This document shows, piece by piece, positions 22,124 to 32,145 of a DNA stretch of 32,145 nucleotides (positions within the stretch are counted from its first letter, which is position 1; every line of letters starts with the position of its first letter). Origin of the DNA: Macrostomum lignano (Eukaryota); NCBI GenBank assembly GCA_002269645.1, contig NIVC01004100.1:1-32145 (forward strand). The letters run 5' to 3'. Made by a program: the position numbers and the translations under genes. The notes under the pieces were generated by a model, which worked only from the letters and a program-made list of their open reading frames with translations, ran no database searches and was not told where the DNA came from.

Positions 22124-22457
22124 TTTATCAGAGACAAGTGGCTGTGAGCACCCTGGCGCACTTTAAGCGACATTGTCACACAACCAGCGAGAGGCATTAC
22201 TGCCCATTCCGCCGACTCCCCTGAGCAGGCACACAAGCACACACTCACACAGGAGTGTACAGCGGCCCTAACTTTATTTATCGTTAGGCATGTACACTTC
22301 CCTGTGCCTTGGGGGTTGGCCCTGAAGGTCGTTAATTGCACGAGCAGAGCCAAGCCGAGATTCCAATTCAGCCCCAAATTAATGCGACTGCACTTGGAAT
22401 CGAGCCTGGGCCGCTGGCACACCAGAGCAACGCGCCAGGCCACTGGGCCACGGCCCC
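22124..22457 (-). mobile_element. tRNA-derived SINE, family A copy 2 (full head)
   Basis: Head GGGGCCG-TGGCCCAGTGG gives an A box at 22450-22440 with tRNA T8 spacing. B-box-like GGCTCGATTCC at 22406-22396. Body is shared with the other two copies. Confidence 0.85.
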
Positions 22458-22581
22458 TGCCTTGTTCATAGAAACAAAATTTATAACGTCAAAAATTAAT
22501 TTTTTACATAAAGTCCTGGATGAAATCTTATTATTAGAGGCAAAGACACACGCACACAGAGAGAGAATCCATGGAACTGAC

Positions 22582-22876
22582 CAGGCGATGAGGTTGCCAG
22601 CCAGGTCCAGGTGCAGCAGCGCCTCGCAGCCCTCCAGCCCAGCTAGAGAGGCCAGCCGGTTGCCAGACAAATCCAGATAGCGCAGCCGCTTCAGACCGCC
22701 CAGCATGGCCGCGTCCGCCAGGCGGTTGCTGGACAGGTTGAGGAACTCCAGACAGGTGCAATCGGGCAGGCAGCCCAGACTCTCTAAGCCGCGCTTGGCG
22801 AGGTCCAGCCGGAACACCGAGTCCAGCTCGAATTCACCTGTCAGGCGCTTCAGAGCAGCCTTGGACACCGCGAGGT
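22582..22876 (-). CDS. LRRC61: LRRC61-like exon 2 (SDS22-type leucine-rich repeats)
   Basis: Acceptor CCCCAG|22876 and donor |GTCAGT at 22581. LKRLTGEFELDSVFRLDLAKRGLESLGCLPDCTCLEFLNLSSNRL resembles human LRRC61 as recalled (LKSRTGEFSLESILLLKLRGLGLADLGCLGECLGLEWLDLSGNAL). Confidence 0.88.
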
Positions 22877-23109
22877 CTGGGGTGTGTGGCAGCCGCAGAA
22901 CTTATGAATACATGGGAGACTTTGTTTGGCACTTTTGCCCTTTTAATTAGCAATAATAGTGTAGTTTGCATGATTTTAAGCTCAATAGAGTACCTACAGA
23001 ATGCAGGCTACTAAACAGGATAATAAAATCAAGGTTTTAAAACTTTGTAAAAATAATAGTATTAATCTGATTACACCTGCTTAATGGGCAGATGTGTGTG
23101 GGTCGCCAT

Positions 23110-23359
23110 CACAAGCTCGAAAAGGCACAAGCTCTAACCCAAGCCTAACCCTAAACCCTAACCCTAAGGCACAAGCTCTAACCCTAAACCCTAACCCTAA
23201 GTCACAAGCTCTAACCCTAAACCCTAACCCTAAGACACAAGCTCTAACCCTAACCCTAAGGCACAAGCTCTAACCCTAACCCTAAGGCACAAGCTCTAAC
23301 CTTAAACCCTAACCCTAAGGCACAACCTCTAACCCTAACCTAACCCTAAACCCTAACCC
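23110..23359. repeat. Interstitial telomere-like array, about 33-bp unit GGCACAAGCTC-TAACCC-TAAACCC-TAACCC-TAA
   Basis: CCCTAA and CCCTAAA hexa/heptamers interspersed with an 11-bp spacer; about 7-8 units. Confidence 0.9.
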
Positions 23360-23486
23360 ACACACACTCAATTGTCTCAGCTAAGTAAAACTGAAGCAAT
23401 GCAGAGTTGAGTGTCTTGCTCAAGGCTACAAACTGTTCCGAGTGGGTCGAGAATCGAACCCCCGACGCTCTAACCACTAGGCTACA
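23360..23486 (-). mobile_element. Short CORE-like tRNA SINE (family B)
   Basis: A box TAGCCTAGTGG (23484-23474) and B box GGTTCGATTCT (23460-23450), followed by CCTTGAGCAAGACACTCAACT, which resembles the CORE-SINE motif CCTTGGGCAAG.CACTTAAC. (GT)n tail. Confidence 0.7.
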
Positions 23487-24789
23487 ATCCCCCTATTTGT
23501 AAAACCCTGCACAGATAAAAAAACGCCAAATCATGACCATCAGTAGTATTGGTCATACTGATCGCTTCACTGCTTTAACAAAAACTTAGTCTAGCGACTG
23601 AAGCTGACACGAACACCGTAAGTTCTATACTTTCTTTCTGCAGTCCCAGCATCAAATTTAGGATTAGCACACAGCTCATCAGCACACAAAGCAGGTTTCT
23701 AGGAGCACATATAGAGAGCCTCGGTGATTGGAAAAGTGGCTGAGGATTGGCAGAGGGGAGCGAGCAAGGCTCGGTAATCAATTTCTCGGACACGCGGTGG
23801 CGAGCCGGGCCCGCAGTAATCGCATTGTCCGAAACATTGATCTGAGGGCGGTATGGCCGAAGCTTATGAGCAATCACTTCTTTGCTCGGAGAAGTGGAAG
23901 TCTAAAAGCGGCGAGAGATGATCTAGCTGACAGATTATATACCGTACAGATCTTGGTTGAGAATACTTGACTCACTGATAGCAGAAGAATGCGCTTATTA
24001 ATAAATAGTCAGAAGCGGTGAGTAGGTGGAAAGATAGAGACAGAGAGGGTGGTTGGCGGCAGCAGACGGGTCCTGAGACTATTCAGAACCGCAGTCGGCG
24101 TCCCCACCCTAGACATGGCGCATTGATTGCTTATTTCTACTCGAGTGCCGCGCGCGGGCAGCGAGAGGAGAAGGATACTTCAACCTCTACTGCAGCCTCT
24201 TTTTTCCTGAAGGCGGGCACGCCGTGAAACATTTTTGAGAAGGGAAAAGGGGAAGCAGACATGCATGGGGATAGGGAAGAGGTAGATTGGAAAAGAGGAG
24301 AGAATTTAAGCTTGGGTTAGTGCGCGACCAGCGAAGCCGAGTCAAGTTACAGAACTTCGCCACTGTCAGTCTGTCCCTCAGCTCCTCACGCTGCAACTGC
24401 TTTCCATTTCTATATCTTCGTAGATCAATTTCGTTACTGCAACTCTGGATGCAGCTCAATCAGAAGTGCAGCTGCTGCTGAGAGGCTGCGCGCAGAACCG
24501 GAGACCAGGAAGAAAGTTTTTTGGTCAGCAGTCCTGCAACGCAGGAGCAAAACCTGTCATATTTGTTAAAGTGCAGTGGCAGAAACAGAGGCAGCGCACC
24601 GCTTTCAAATCATTGAGCCGGATTATTATTTATTATTTAACGTTTCAGTCATATATTTACTTCTCAGATCAGTGCACATGCCTGGCTCTTAGACTGGGCC
24701 ACCGCGATCCCTTCCAGATCCCCAGACTCGTGAGTTGCCACTCTTCAAAGATCTTCAAACTGGGCTGCTACTCCGTAGATCCTCAGATT

Positions 24790-27465
24790 AGACTGCCACT
24801 CTCCAAAGAACCTCAGACTGGACTGCCACTCTCCAAAGATCCTCAGACTGGACTGCGCCCTCTCCAAAGATCCTCAGGCTGGACTGCCACTCTCCAAAGA
24901 TCCTCAGACTGGACTGCCACTCTCCAAAGATCCTCAGACTGGACTGCGCCCTCTCCAAAGATCCTCAGGCTGGACTGCCACTCTCCAAAGATCCTCAGGC
25001 TGGACTGCCACTCTCCAAAGATCCTCAGACTGGACTGCGCCCTCTCCAAAGATCCTCAGGCTGGACTGCCACTCTCCAAAGATCCTCAGACTGGACTGCG
25101 CCACTCTCCAAAGATCCTCAGACTGGACTGCCACTCTCCAAAGAACCTCAGGCTGGACTGCCACTCTCCAAAGATCCTCAGGCTGGACTGCGCCCTCTCC
25201 AAAGATCCTCAGGCTGGACTGCCACTCTCCAAAGAACCTCAGGCTGGACTGCCACTCTCCAAAGATCCTCAGGCTGGACTGCCACTATCCAAAGAACCTC
25301 AGACTGGACTGCGCCACTCTCCAAAGATCTTCAGACTGGACTGCCACTCTCCAAAGATCCTCAGACTGGACTGCGCCACTCTCCAAAGATCCTCAGACTG
25401 GACTGCCACTCTCCAAAGAACCTCAGGCTGGACTGCCACTCTCCAAAGATCCTCAGGCTGGACTGCGCCCTCTCCAAAGATCCTCAGGCTGTACTGCCAC
25501 TCTCCAAAGAACCTCAGGCTGGACTGCCACTCTCCAAAGATCCTCAGGCTGGACTGCCACTATCCAAAGAACCTCAGACTGGACTGCGCCACTCTCCAAA
25601 GATCTTCAGACTGGACTGCCACTCTCCAAAGATCCTCAGACTGGACTGTCACTCTCCAAAGATCCTCAGACTGGACTGCGCCACTCTCCAAAGATCCTCA
25701 GACTGGACTGCCACTCTCCAAAGAACCTCAGGCTGGACTGCCACTCTCCAAAGATCCTCAGGCTGGACTGCGCCCTCTCCAAAGATCCTCAGGCTGGACT
25801 GCCACTCTCCAAAGAACCTCAGGCTGGACTGCCACTCTCCAAAGATCCTCAGGCTGGACTGCCACTATCCAAAGAACCTCAGACTGGACTGCGCCACTCT
25901 CCAAAGATCTTCAGACTGGACTGCCACTCTCCAAAGAACCTCAGGCTGGACTGCCACTCTCCAAAGATCCTCAGGCTGGACTGCGCCCTCTCCAAAGATC
26001 CTCAGGCTGGACTGCCACTCTCCAAAGAACCTCAGGCTGGACTGCCACTCTCCAAAGATCCTCAGGCTGGACTGCCACTATCCAAAGAACCTCAGACTGG
26101 ACTGCGCCACTCTCCAAAGATCTTCAGACTGGACTGCCACTCTCCAAAGATCCTCAGACTGGACTGCCACTCTCCAAAGAACCTCAGACTGGACTGCCAC
26201 TCTCCAAAGATCCGCAGACTGGACTGCCACTCTCCAAAGATCCTCAGACTGGACTGCCACTCTCCAAAGATCCTCAGGCTGGACTGCCACTCTCCAAAGA
26301 TCCTCAGACTGGACTGTCACTCTCCAAAGATCCTCAGGCTGGACTGCCACTCTCCAAAGATCCTCAGACTGGACTGCGCCACTCTCCAAAGATCCTCAGG
26401 CTGGACTGCGCCCTCTCCAAAGATCCTCAGGCTGGACTGCCACTCTCCAAAGATCCTCAGACTGGACTGCGCCACTCTCCAAAGATCCTCAGACTGGACT
26501 GCCACTCTCCAAAGAACCTCAGGCTGGACTGCCACTCTCCAAAGATCCTCAGGCTGGACTGCGCCCTCTCCAAAGATCCTCAGGCTGGACTGCCACTCTC
26601 CAAAGAACCTCAGGCTGGACTGCCACTCTCCAAAGATCTTCAGGCTGGACTGCCACTATCCAAAGAACCTCAGACTGGACTGCGCCACTCTCCAAAGAAC
26701 CTCAGGCTGGACTGCCACTCTCCAAAGATCCTCAGACTGGACTGTCACTCTCCAAAGATCCTCAGACTGGACTGCGCCACTCTCCAAAGATCCTCAGACT
26801 GGACTGCCACTCTCCAAAGAACCTCAGGCTGGACTGCCACTCTCCAAAGATCCTCAGGCTGGACTGCGCCCTCTCCAAAGATCCTCAGGCTGGACTGCCA
26901 CTCTCCAAAGAACCTCAGGCTGGACTGCCACTCTCCAAAGATCCTCAGGCTGGACTGCCACTATCCAAAGAACCTCAGACTGGACTGCGCCACTCTCCAA
27001 AGATCTTCAGACTGGACTGCCACTCTCCAAAGATCCTCAGACTGGACTGTCACTCTCCAAAGATCCTCAGACTGGACTGCGCCACTCTCCAAAGATCCTC
27101 AGACTGGACTGCCACTCTCCAAAGATCCTCAGGCTGGACTGCCACTCTCCAAAGAACCTCAGACTGGACTGCCACTCTCCAAAGATCTTCAGACTGGAAT
27201 GCGCCACTCTCCAAAGATCCTCAGGCTGGACTGCCACTCTCCAAAGATCCTCAGACTGGACTGCCACTCTCCAAAGAACCTCAGACTGGACTGCCACTCT
27301 CCAAAGATCCTCAGACTGGACTGCCACTCTCCAAAGATCCTCAGACTGGACTGCCACTCTCCAAAGAACCTCAGACTGGACTGCCACTCTCCACAGATCC
27401 CCAGGCTGGACTGCGCCACTCTCCAAAGATCCTCAGACTGGACTGCCACTCTCCGAAGATCCTCA
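24790..27465. repeat. 30-bp satellite (CTCTCCAAAGATCCTCAGACTGGACTGCCA)n with 31- and 32-bp variants, in LRRC61 intron 1
   Basis: About 88 copies with higher-order duplications. Confidence 0.97.
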
Positions 27466-28254
27466 AACGGGATCCCCACCCTGCTTTGATCCGTAATGAA
27501 TTAAATGACTACTTGAAAAGCGACAGACAATACATGTACAGGGCAACCAATACAAACAGTTGCATCCAGTGGTATTCGCCTCTTTGCGCTTAAAAACTGC
27601 AGTAGTTCCTTTCATCAACCATCGTTAGCCCAATTTTCTTGACTAGAAGACGATTAAATTGAAAGTTTCAGGTCCAAAGTCTTATCAAATGCCGGCAAGA
27701 GAAAGAAAAGCTCGATGGTTAGAGTCATTTCATTTCGAATTCGACTCATTCAGACTGGCCAGTTGATTTGTTTCGCTCATTACCGACTTGACCGTGCCCA
27801 CTCTAAGGAGGCATGGAGAGGGACGGACTGCGGCCGATTCCCTGCGGAGGTGCGGGAGAATTAGCATGCAGCAATTGCCAACAACTCTGGCAGGGCTGTC
27901 AGCACTGGGCAGCCAATTCTTTGCCATTAGACTTCGCTATCAAACTAAGTTTGTCATCGTTAAGCTAAGTCAAGAGCAAAGAATGTGAATGAAAAAGGAC
28001 ACGATGAGCTTCTTTGGCGGTAACACGTCGTACATGCACATTGAGCCTCAGCCTTTACTCTGCCAAATGACATACATTTCGATTTCTTAGATATGATTAA
28101 GCAGCATTATTTTTCAATTATTACCAGGAATTTTCGATCAGATTACCAAAAAACAATGCATCTACAATTGTGAATGTACATGTACCATACATCCAACACA
28201 TCTCTACTATTGTCGTTATCAGCAGCAAAGGGGCATCAATATGGGTGCGCTAGG

Positions 28255-28640
28255 AGAGTCATGTTGAGCGTCAGAGGCGCCATGCTTGGTGTCAGCGACT
28301 CCAAACTGGGTGTCAGACGTGCTACGTTGAGTGTCAGAAGCGCCATTTTGGGCATCAGACGCGCCATTTGAGTGTCAGAGGCACCATTTCGGCATGAGAG
28401 GAGCGCCATTTTGGTGCGAGAGGTGCCATTTGGGTGTTATAGGCGTATTTTTGTGTGATAGGCGCTATCTCGGTGTGAGAGGCGCCATTTGGGTGTGAGA
28501 GGCAAAATTTGGGTATCAAAGGTGTCATGTTGGGTCTGAGAGACGCCATTTAGTGTGAGAGGCGTCTTTGCGTTGTGAGAGGCGCCTTTGCGGTGTGAGA
28601 GGCGCCTTTGCGGTGTGAAAGGCGCCTTTGCGGTGTGACG
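28255..28640. repeat. Degenerate 20-bp minisatellite (GAGGCGCCATTTGGGTGTGA)n
   Basis: About 18 diverged copies, more homogeneous at the right end. Confidence 0.88.
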
Positions 28641-28819
28641 CGCAGTCGAACAGTAAAATCCAGTGCAGCAACACATCAGACAGGCTCGTAATAATTTTCA
28701 GGACTGGGAAGATCTGATCGCTTCCCTACCCTACTCTCTTCCCCGCAAGTCTGTCCACCCTACGCCAATAATGTGCCATTTAGCAGTCAAGCCAACAACA
28801 AGCCAAACAATCAAATTAC

Positions 28820-28835
28820 CTTGATCCGAAGCCAT
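28820..28835 (-). CDS. LRRC61: Candidate first coding exon of LRRC61-like gene (MASDQ + 1 nt)
   Basis: Minus strand CAA ATG GCT TCG GAT CAA G|GTAATT. This is a good donor in phase 1, which matches the phase-1 acceptor at 22876. The total CDS then equals 768 nt (255 aa + stop). No in-frame ATG exists directly upstream of exon 2 (stop at 22904-22902). Confidence 0.55.
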
Positions 28836-29053
28836 TTGCTCTTTGGCTCTTCTCCGTACGTTCTCTTGCTAATTCTCTCTGCCGCTAGTTGGATGCCAGA
28901 AATCAGCAAGCAGAACAATAAACAGTTGATCACAGAAGCAAAGTTGACAGGTTCTGGCAAATTTTACAGCATAATATAGCTTTCAAAGAGAGCTATGACT
29001 AAATTGTTTAATTTAAGACACCTGCGCATCTGGATTTAATTTAGAGAATGTTT

Positions 29054-29393
29054 TTATTTTATTACAGGCAGGGGCTGTGAGCACCCTGGCGCACTTTAAG
29101 CGACATTGTCACACAACCGGCGAGAGACATTGCTGCCCATTCCGCCGACTCCCCTGAGCAGACGCACAAGCGCGCGGATACGTACGCAGTCATACGCACA
29201 CCGGCACACACTCACACAGAAGTGTACAGCGGCCCTGACTTTATTTATCGTTTGGCATGTACACTTCACTGTGCCCTGGGGTTGGCCCTCAGTGCAGACT
29301 TAGACAGAGATTCCAGTTTAGCCTCAAATTAACGTGACTGCACTTGGAATCGAGCCCGGGCCGCTGGCACATCAGAGCGCCGCGCCAGACCGC
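29054..29393 (-). mobile_element. tRNA-derived SINE, family A copy 3 (A box truncated)
   Basis: Homologous to copies 1 and 2. B-box-like motif present. 3' end CACAGCCCCTGCCTGTAATAAAATAAAAA. Confidence 0.8.
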
Positions 29394-30350
29394 GCCAAAC
29401 TAAAGCAGACTTTAACTGTGTAGATAAAACTAGAAATCGAAAAAATGCACAAGGCTAGTTTCCAGCCAAGTAAGTAGTCAGTCTGGAATAAAATTGTTTC
29501 TTTACCGATGGAATGTAATAATTTATTGACAGGTAAGGTAACAAACAAAGAGGTTGAATAAGCGGGCATGTACTTAGCACCTGTTAGATCAAATCCTGAC
29601 CAACACTTTCATTGCTATTGGTTTAAGTGAAATCAAATTGCGCTTTAGTGCATAACAATTTTTGTGAAGGATTTAGTACAACTGAATATATGCTACTTAC
29701 GGGCAGTAGTGTTCACGGTAAGACAAAATAAAAAAGCTAGCAGAGTCAAAGAGACGCGAGACAAGCAATCGAGAAAATGCAGATAAAATAAAGGAAGATG
29801 AAAACTGCATTAAAAGCAAAATCTGTCTACAATACATTTCAATTATTCCTTTTGAACACCGTTTTGATCTTGACCTTATTTGACCTCACTATACGACACT
29901 TAAACTCCATAAGGTCAGTTGACTAATTTGTTACATCTCAAAGTTGACCTCAATTGAACCTAAACTGGCCTCATCAGCAACTCGCTGTCGCTGTAGAGTA
30001 GAATCACTGAGTTGTGTTTAGAGCGCAGTTGCGTCGCACTTAAAAGTCGCAGAAGCGCTATAGCTCACTTCCGAGACGCGTCACAAAGTCCGAGTTACAG
30101 TTGCGCAATAAACACTCAGTGTAGGCCTAGACTAACTAGATGGGCCATTCAGCATATTTGCGTGCAAACTGAAGCATTTTTAATGTATTTTTAAAGACAA
30201 GGCTCAATTATTGGCTGTTACCCCCAATCTTAAATCCTCAAACTCCACACAGAACCTCAGCGGTTAATGTACATTATGGCTGAACCAATTAGCAAGCTGT
30301 TTACGCCTGCAAGCTTGGCTTCTAAGCTGATCAAAGTAATCTCAGCTGCC

Positions 30351-30356
30351 TTTATT
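30351..30356 (-). terminator. Putative polyadenylation signal of TMEM43
   Basis: AATAAA on the minus strand about 190 nt after the stop codon. Confidence 0.5.
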
Positions 30357-30542
30357 CTTACTCACGTGACGAATCAGTCGTTATTAGCGATCTTTAGCGA
30401 TTCTTGTCTCAGTATCTTTTTTTAACGGGCAGGCCTTCTTTGCCTCAAGTGACGCTTCCCAACAAACGACTATTTGTCCTTACTTGACCTTGGAGCAACC
30501 TTCTATTTCGACCTCAATTGAACCCTTCAAGGACATTCGGCA

Positions 30543-31150
30543 TCAAATCGGCACCGCGGTCGTCCTGCTCCGCAGCCTGGCAGCGGCGGCAATGGCGGCC
30601 GGCCGCAGGCGGGCCAGCGCAGGCGGCGCCGCGCAGACCAGCATCAGCGTCAGGCCCATGACGGGCCGGTGACGCAGCCAAGCCACACCGGTGACTGCCA
30701 GCGACAGGCAGCCGGACAGGCACACATAAAGAGTGACAGGCGGCAGAGCCAGCAGCGGCCGCAGCGGCGGGGCCAGCCGCCACAGAAGAATTTCTACGCC
30801 GCGAGAGCCGGGCACAAAGCAGGCGATGAGCATGAGCAGCCAGGCGGCGGCCCTGAGCAGCCAGAGATGCAGCCGGCTCTTGGCCAGCTGCCAGGCGAAC
30901 ATTCGCCTAGGGGATTGATAGCCCCTGGCCAGCAGAGCTATGGAGTCGATCTCGCCGTCCGGCACAGGGAAAGCTGCCAGGCTGGAGCCCGACTGACGGC
31001 CAACGATGGTGACCGCCTCGCCAGCGAGGCCGCCGTAGCTCCAGCGAATTCGCGCATCGCTAACCTGCGGCCGCCTGGGGTCGGAGCCGGCTGCGTACAG
31101 GTGACCGTCCAGCCACTGGTAGCCGCGCTTGACAGCTCTTCTAGGGGCAC
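30543..31150 (-). CDS. TMEM43: TMEM43 (LUMA) terminal exon with C-terminal transmembrane helices
   Basis: Acceptor CCCCGCAG|31150. Reads GYQWLDGHLYAAGSDPRRPQVSDARIRWSYGGLAGEAVTIVGRQSG...HLWLLRAAAWLLMLIA...VAWLRHRPVMG, matching TMEM43 motifs as recalled (PEVGDLRVSFSYAGL, VTVIARQRG, WGLRAAGW, GWLFYRPLW). Confidence 0.9.
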
Positions 31151-31185
31151 CTGCGGGGTAGGGGATAAGTGCAGGTGCAGTAGTT

Positions 31186-31790
31186 TCGACAGATAGATGA
31201 GCAGTTCAGACAGGTAGATGAGTAGTTTAGGCAGGTAGATGAGTAGTTAGGCAGGTAGATGAGTAGTTTAGACAGGTAGATGAGCAGTTCAGACAGGTAG
31301 ATGAGTAGTTTAGACAGGTAGATCAGTAGTTTAGACAGGTAGATGAGTGGTTTAGACAGGAAGATGAGTAGTTTAGATAGGTAGATGAGTAGTTTCGGCA
31401 GGTAGATGAGTAGTTTAGACAGGTAGATGAGTAGTTCAGACAGGTAGATGAGTAGTTTAGATAGGTAGATGAGTAGTTTCGGCAGGTAGATGAGTAGTTT
31501 AGACAGGTAGATGAGCAGTTCAGACGGTAGATGAGTAGTTTCGACAGGTAGATGATAGTTTAGACAGGTAGATGAGTAGTTTCGGCAGGTAGATGAGTAG
31601 TTTCGGCAGACAGGTGAGCAGTTTAGACAGGTAGATGAGTAGTTCAGGCAGACAGGTGAGCAGTTTAGACAGGTAGATGAGTAGTTCAGGCAGACAGGTG
31701 AGCAGTTTAGACAGGTAGATGAGTAGTTCAGGCAGGTAGATGAGTAGTTCAGGCAGACAGGTGAGTAGTTTAGACAGGTACACAAGGCAG
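31186..31790. repeat. 21-bp minisatellite (CAGGTAGATGAGTAGTTTAGA)n filling the TMEM43 intron
   Basis: About 28 copies in a 658-bp intron. Confidence 0.96.
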
Positions 31791-31808
31791 ACATTTGACA
31801 CACCTCAC

Positions 31809-32048
31809 TGCTTGGCGGATTCTTCAGCGCAGTGTCGGCAGTCAGCTGATCCAGGAACACTGGCGCCAGTTCGAATGCGCCAAGGCTGGCCGCATCGGCA
31901 GTGAAATTTATGCTCGCGTGCGGCAGAGAGCGCGGATTCTGGTGCTGCCGCTGCTCTGGAACTGCCGACTGTCCACCAGGTAGGGCAGCCAGTCGGTTCT
32001 GTACACCGGCACAGATTCTGTGCGAGAGCTGCCATCGGGCTGCGTCAC
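31809..32048 (-). CDS. TMEM43: TMEM43 internal exon (luminal domain), apparent 1-nt loss near 31945-31950; upstream exons lie beyond the window
   Basis: CTCAG|32048 to A|GTGAGG. Reads VTQPDGSSRTESVPVYRTDWLPYLVDSRQFQSS..HQNPRSLPHASINFTADAASLGAFELAPVFLDQL, resembling YSYNTEWRSEIINSKNF...GHKNP..M...QIGRFFLSSGLIDKV. Length is 240 nt where 241 is needed. Confidence 0.82.
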
Positions 32049-32145
32049 CTGAGATCCAGTGTAAGTGGGATCAGATAACTAATTAGCAATAAGCACTGAT
32101 TTGACACAACTGATAAAGTAGAGACAAGGGGAGAAACTGTGACTG

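Noticed and set aside
22385-22457. Bona fide tRNA gene
   Set aside because: A and B boxes are present, but there is no clean cloverleaf, and the sequence continues into a body shared by three dispersed copies, so it is a SINE head.
22368-22581. C-terminal part of the 166-aa ORF 22368..22868 (WSVPWILSL...)
   Set aside because: It reads through the donor at 22581 into intron and SINE sequence.
23110-23359. True chromosome end
   Set aside because: The array is short, interrupted by spacers, and flanked on both sides by LRRC61 intron sequence.
23970-23976. GTGAGT donor as the LRRC61 first coding exon
   Set aside because: There is an in-frame stop upstream and no ATG.
24466-27489. 1007-aa ORF as a real protein-coding gene
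   Set aside because: It is a translation of a stop-free satellite, with frame switching at 31/32-bp variants, and is antisense within an LRRC61 intron. There is no evidence of purifying selection on frame.
31800-31808. Alternative TMEM43 donor GAG|GTGTGT (phase 0)
   Set aside because: It would require an extra frameshift in the next exon. The phase-1 GTGAGG donor at 31808 needs none. It is not fully excluded.

Overview
Eukaryotic (animal) genomic DNA with GT-AG introns and GC-rich exons. It is not prokaryotic, and I found no CRISPR array or rRNA gene. The style (GC3-rich exons, introns packed with locus-specific minisatellites, TTAGGG motifs) suggests a flatworm such as Macrostomum; this is inference only. 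Four spliced genes were rebuilt by hand. (1) The last three exons of an AMPK gamma subunit (+, 1-1459). (2) A two-exon secreted or GPI-type WSC + PAN/apple-like protein with a GC-AG intron (+, 3349-4650). (3) An LRRC61-like gene (-, five exons, 768 nt CDS spread over 7760-28835; exon 1 is a candidate). (4) The last two exons of TMEM43/LUMA (-, 30543-32048). About 45% of the window (hand sum about 14.5 kb) is tandem repeat from about 20 arrays, and these generate most of the long ORFs in the supplied track as artefacts. Also present: three copies of a tRNA-headed SINE, a CORE-like SINE abutting a telomere-like array, a hAT/Charlie-like terminus, and a palindromic Penelope-like remnant carrying a hammerhead-ribozyme-like core. 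Several single-base losses in exons suggest long-read assembly errors or a decaying gene copy.
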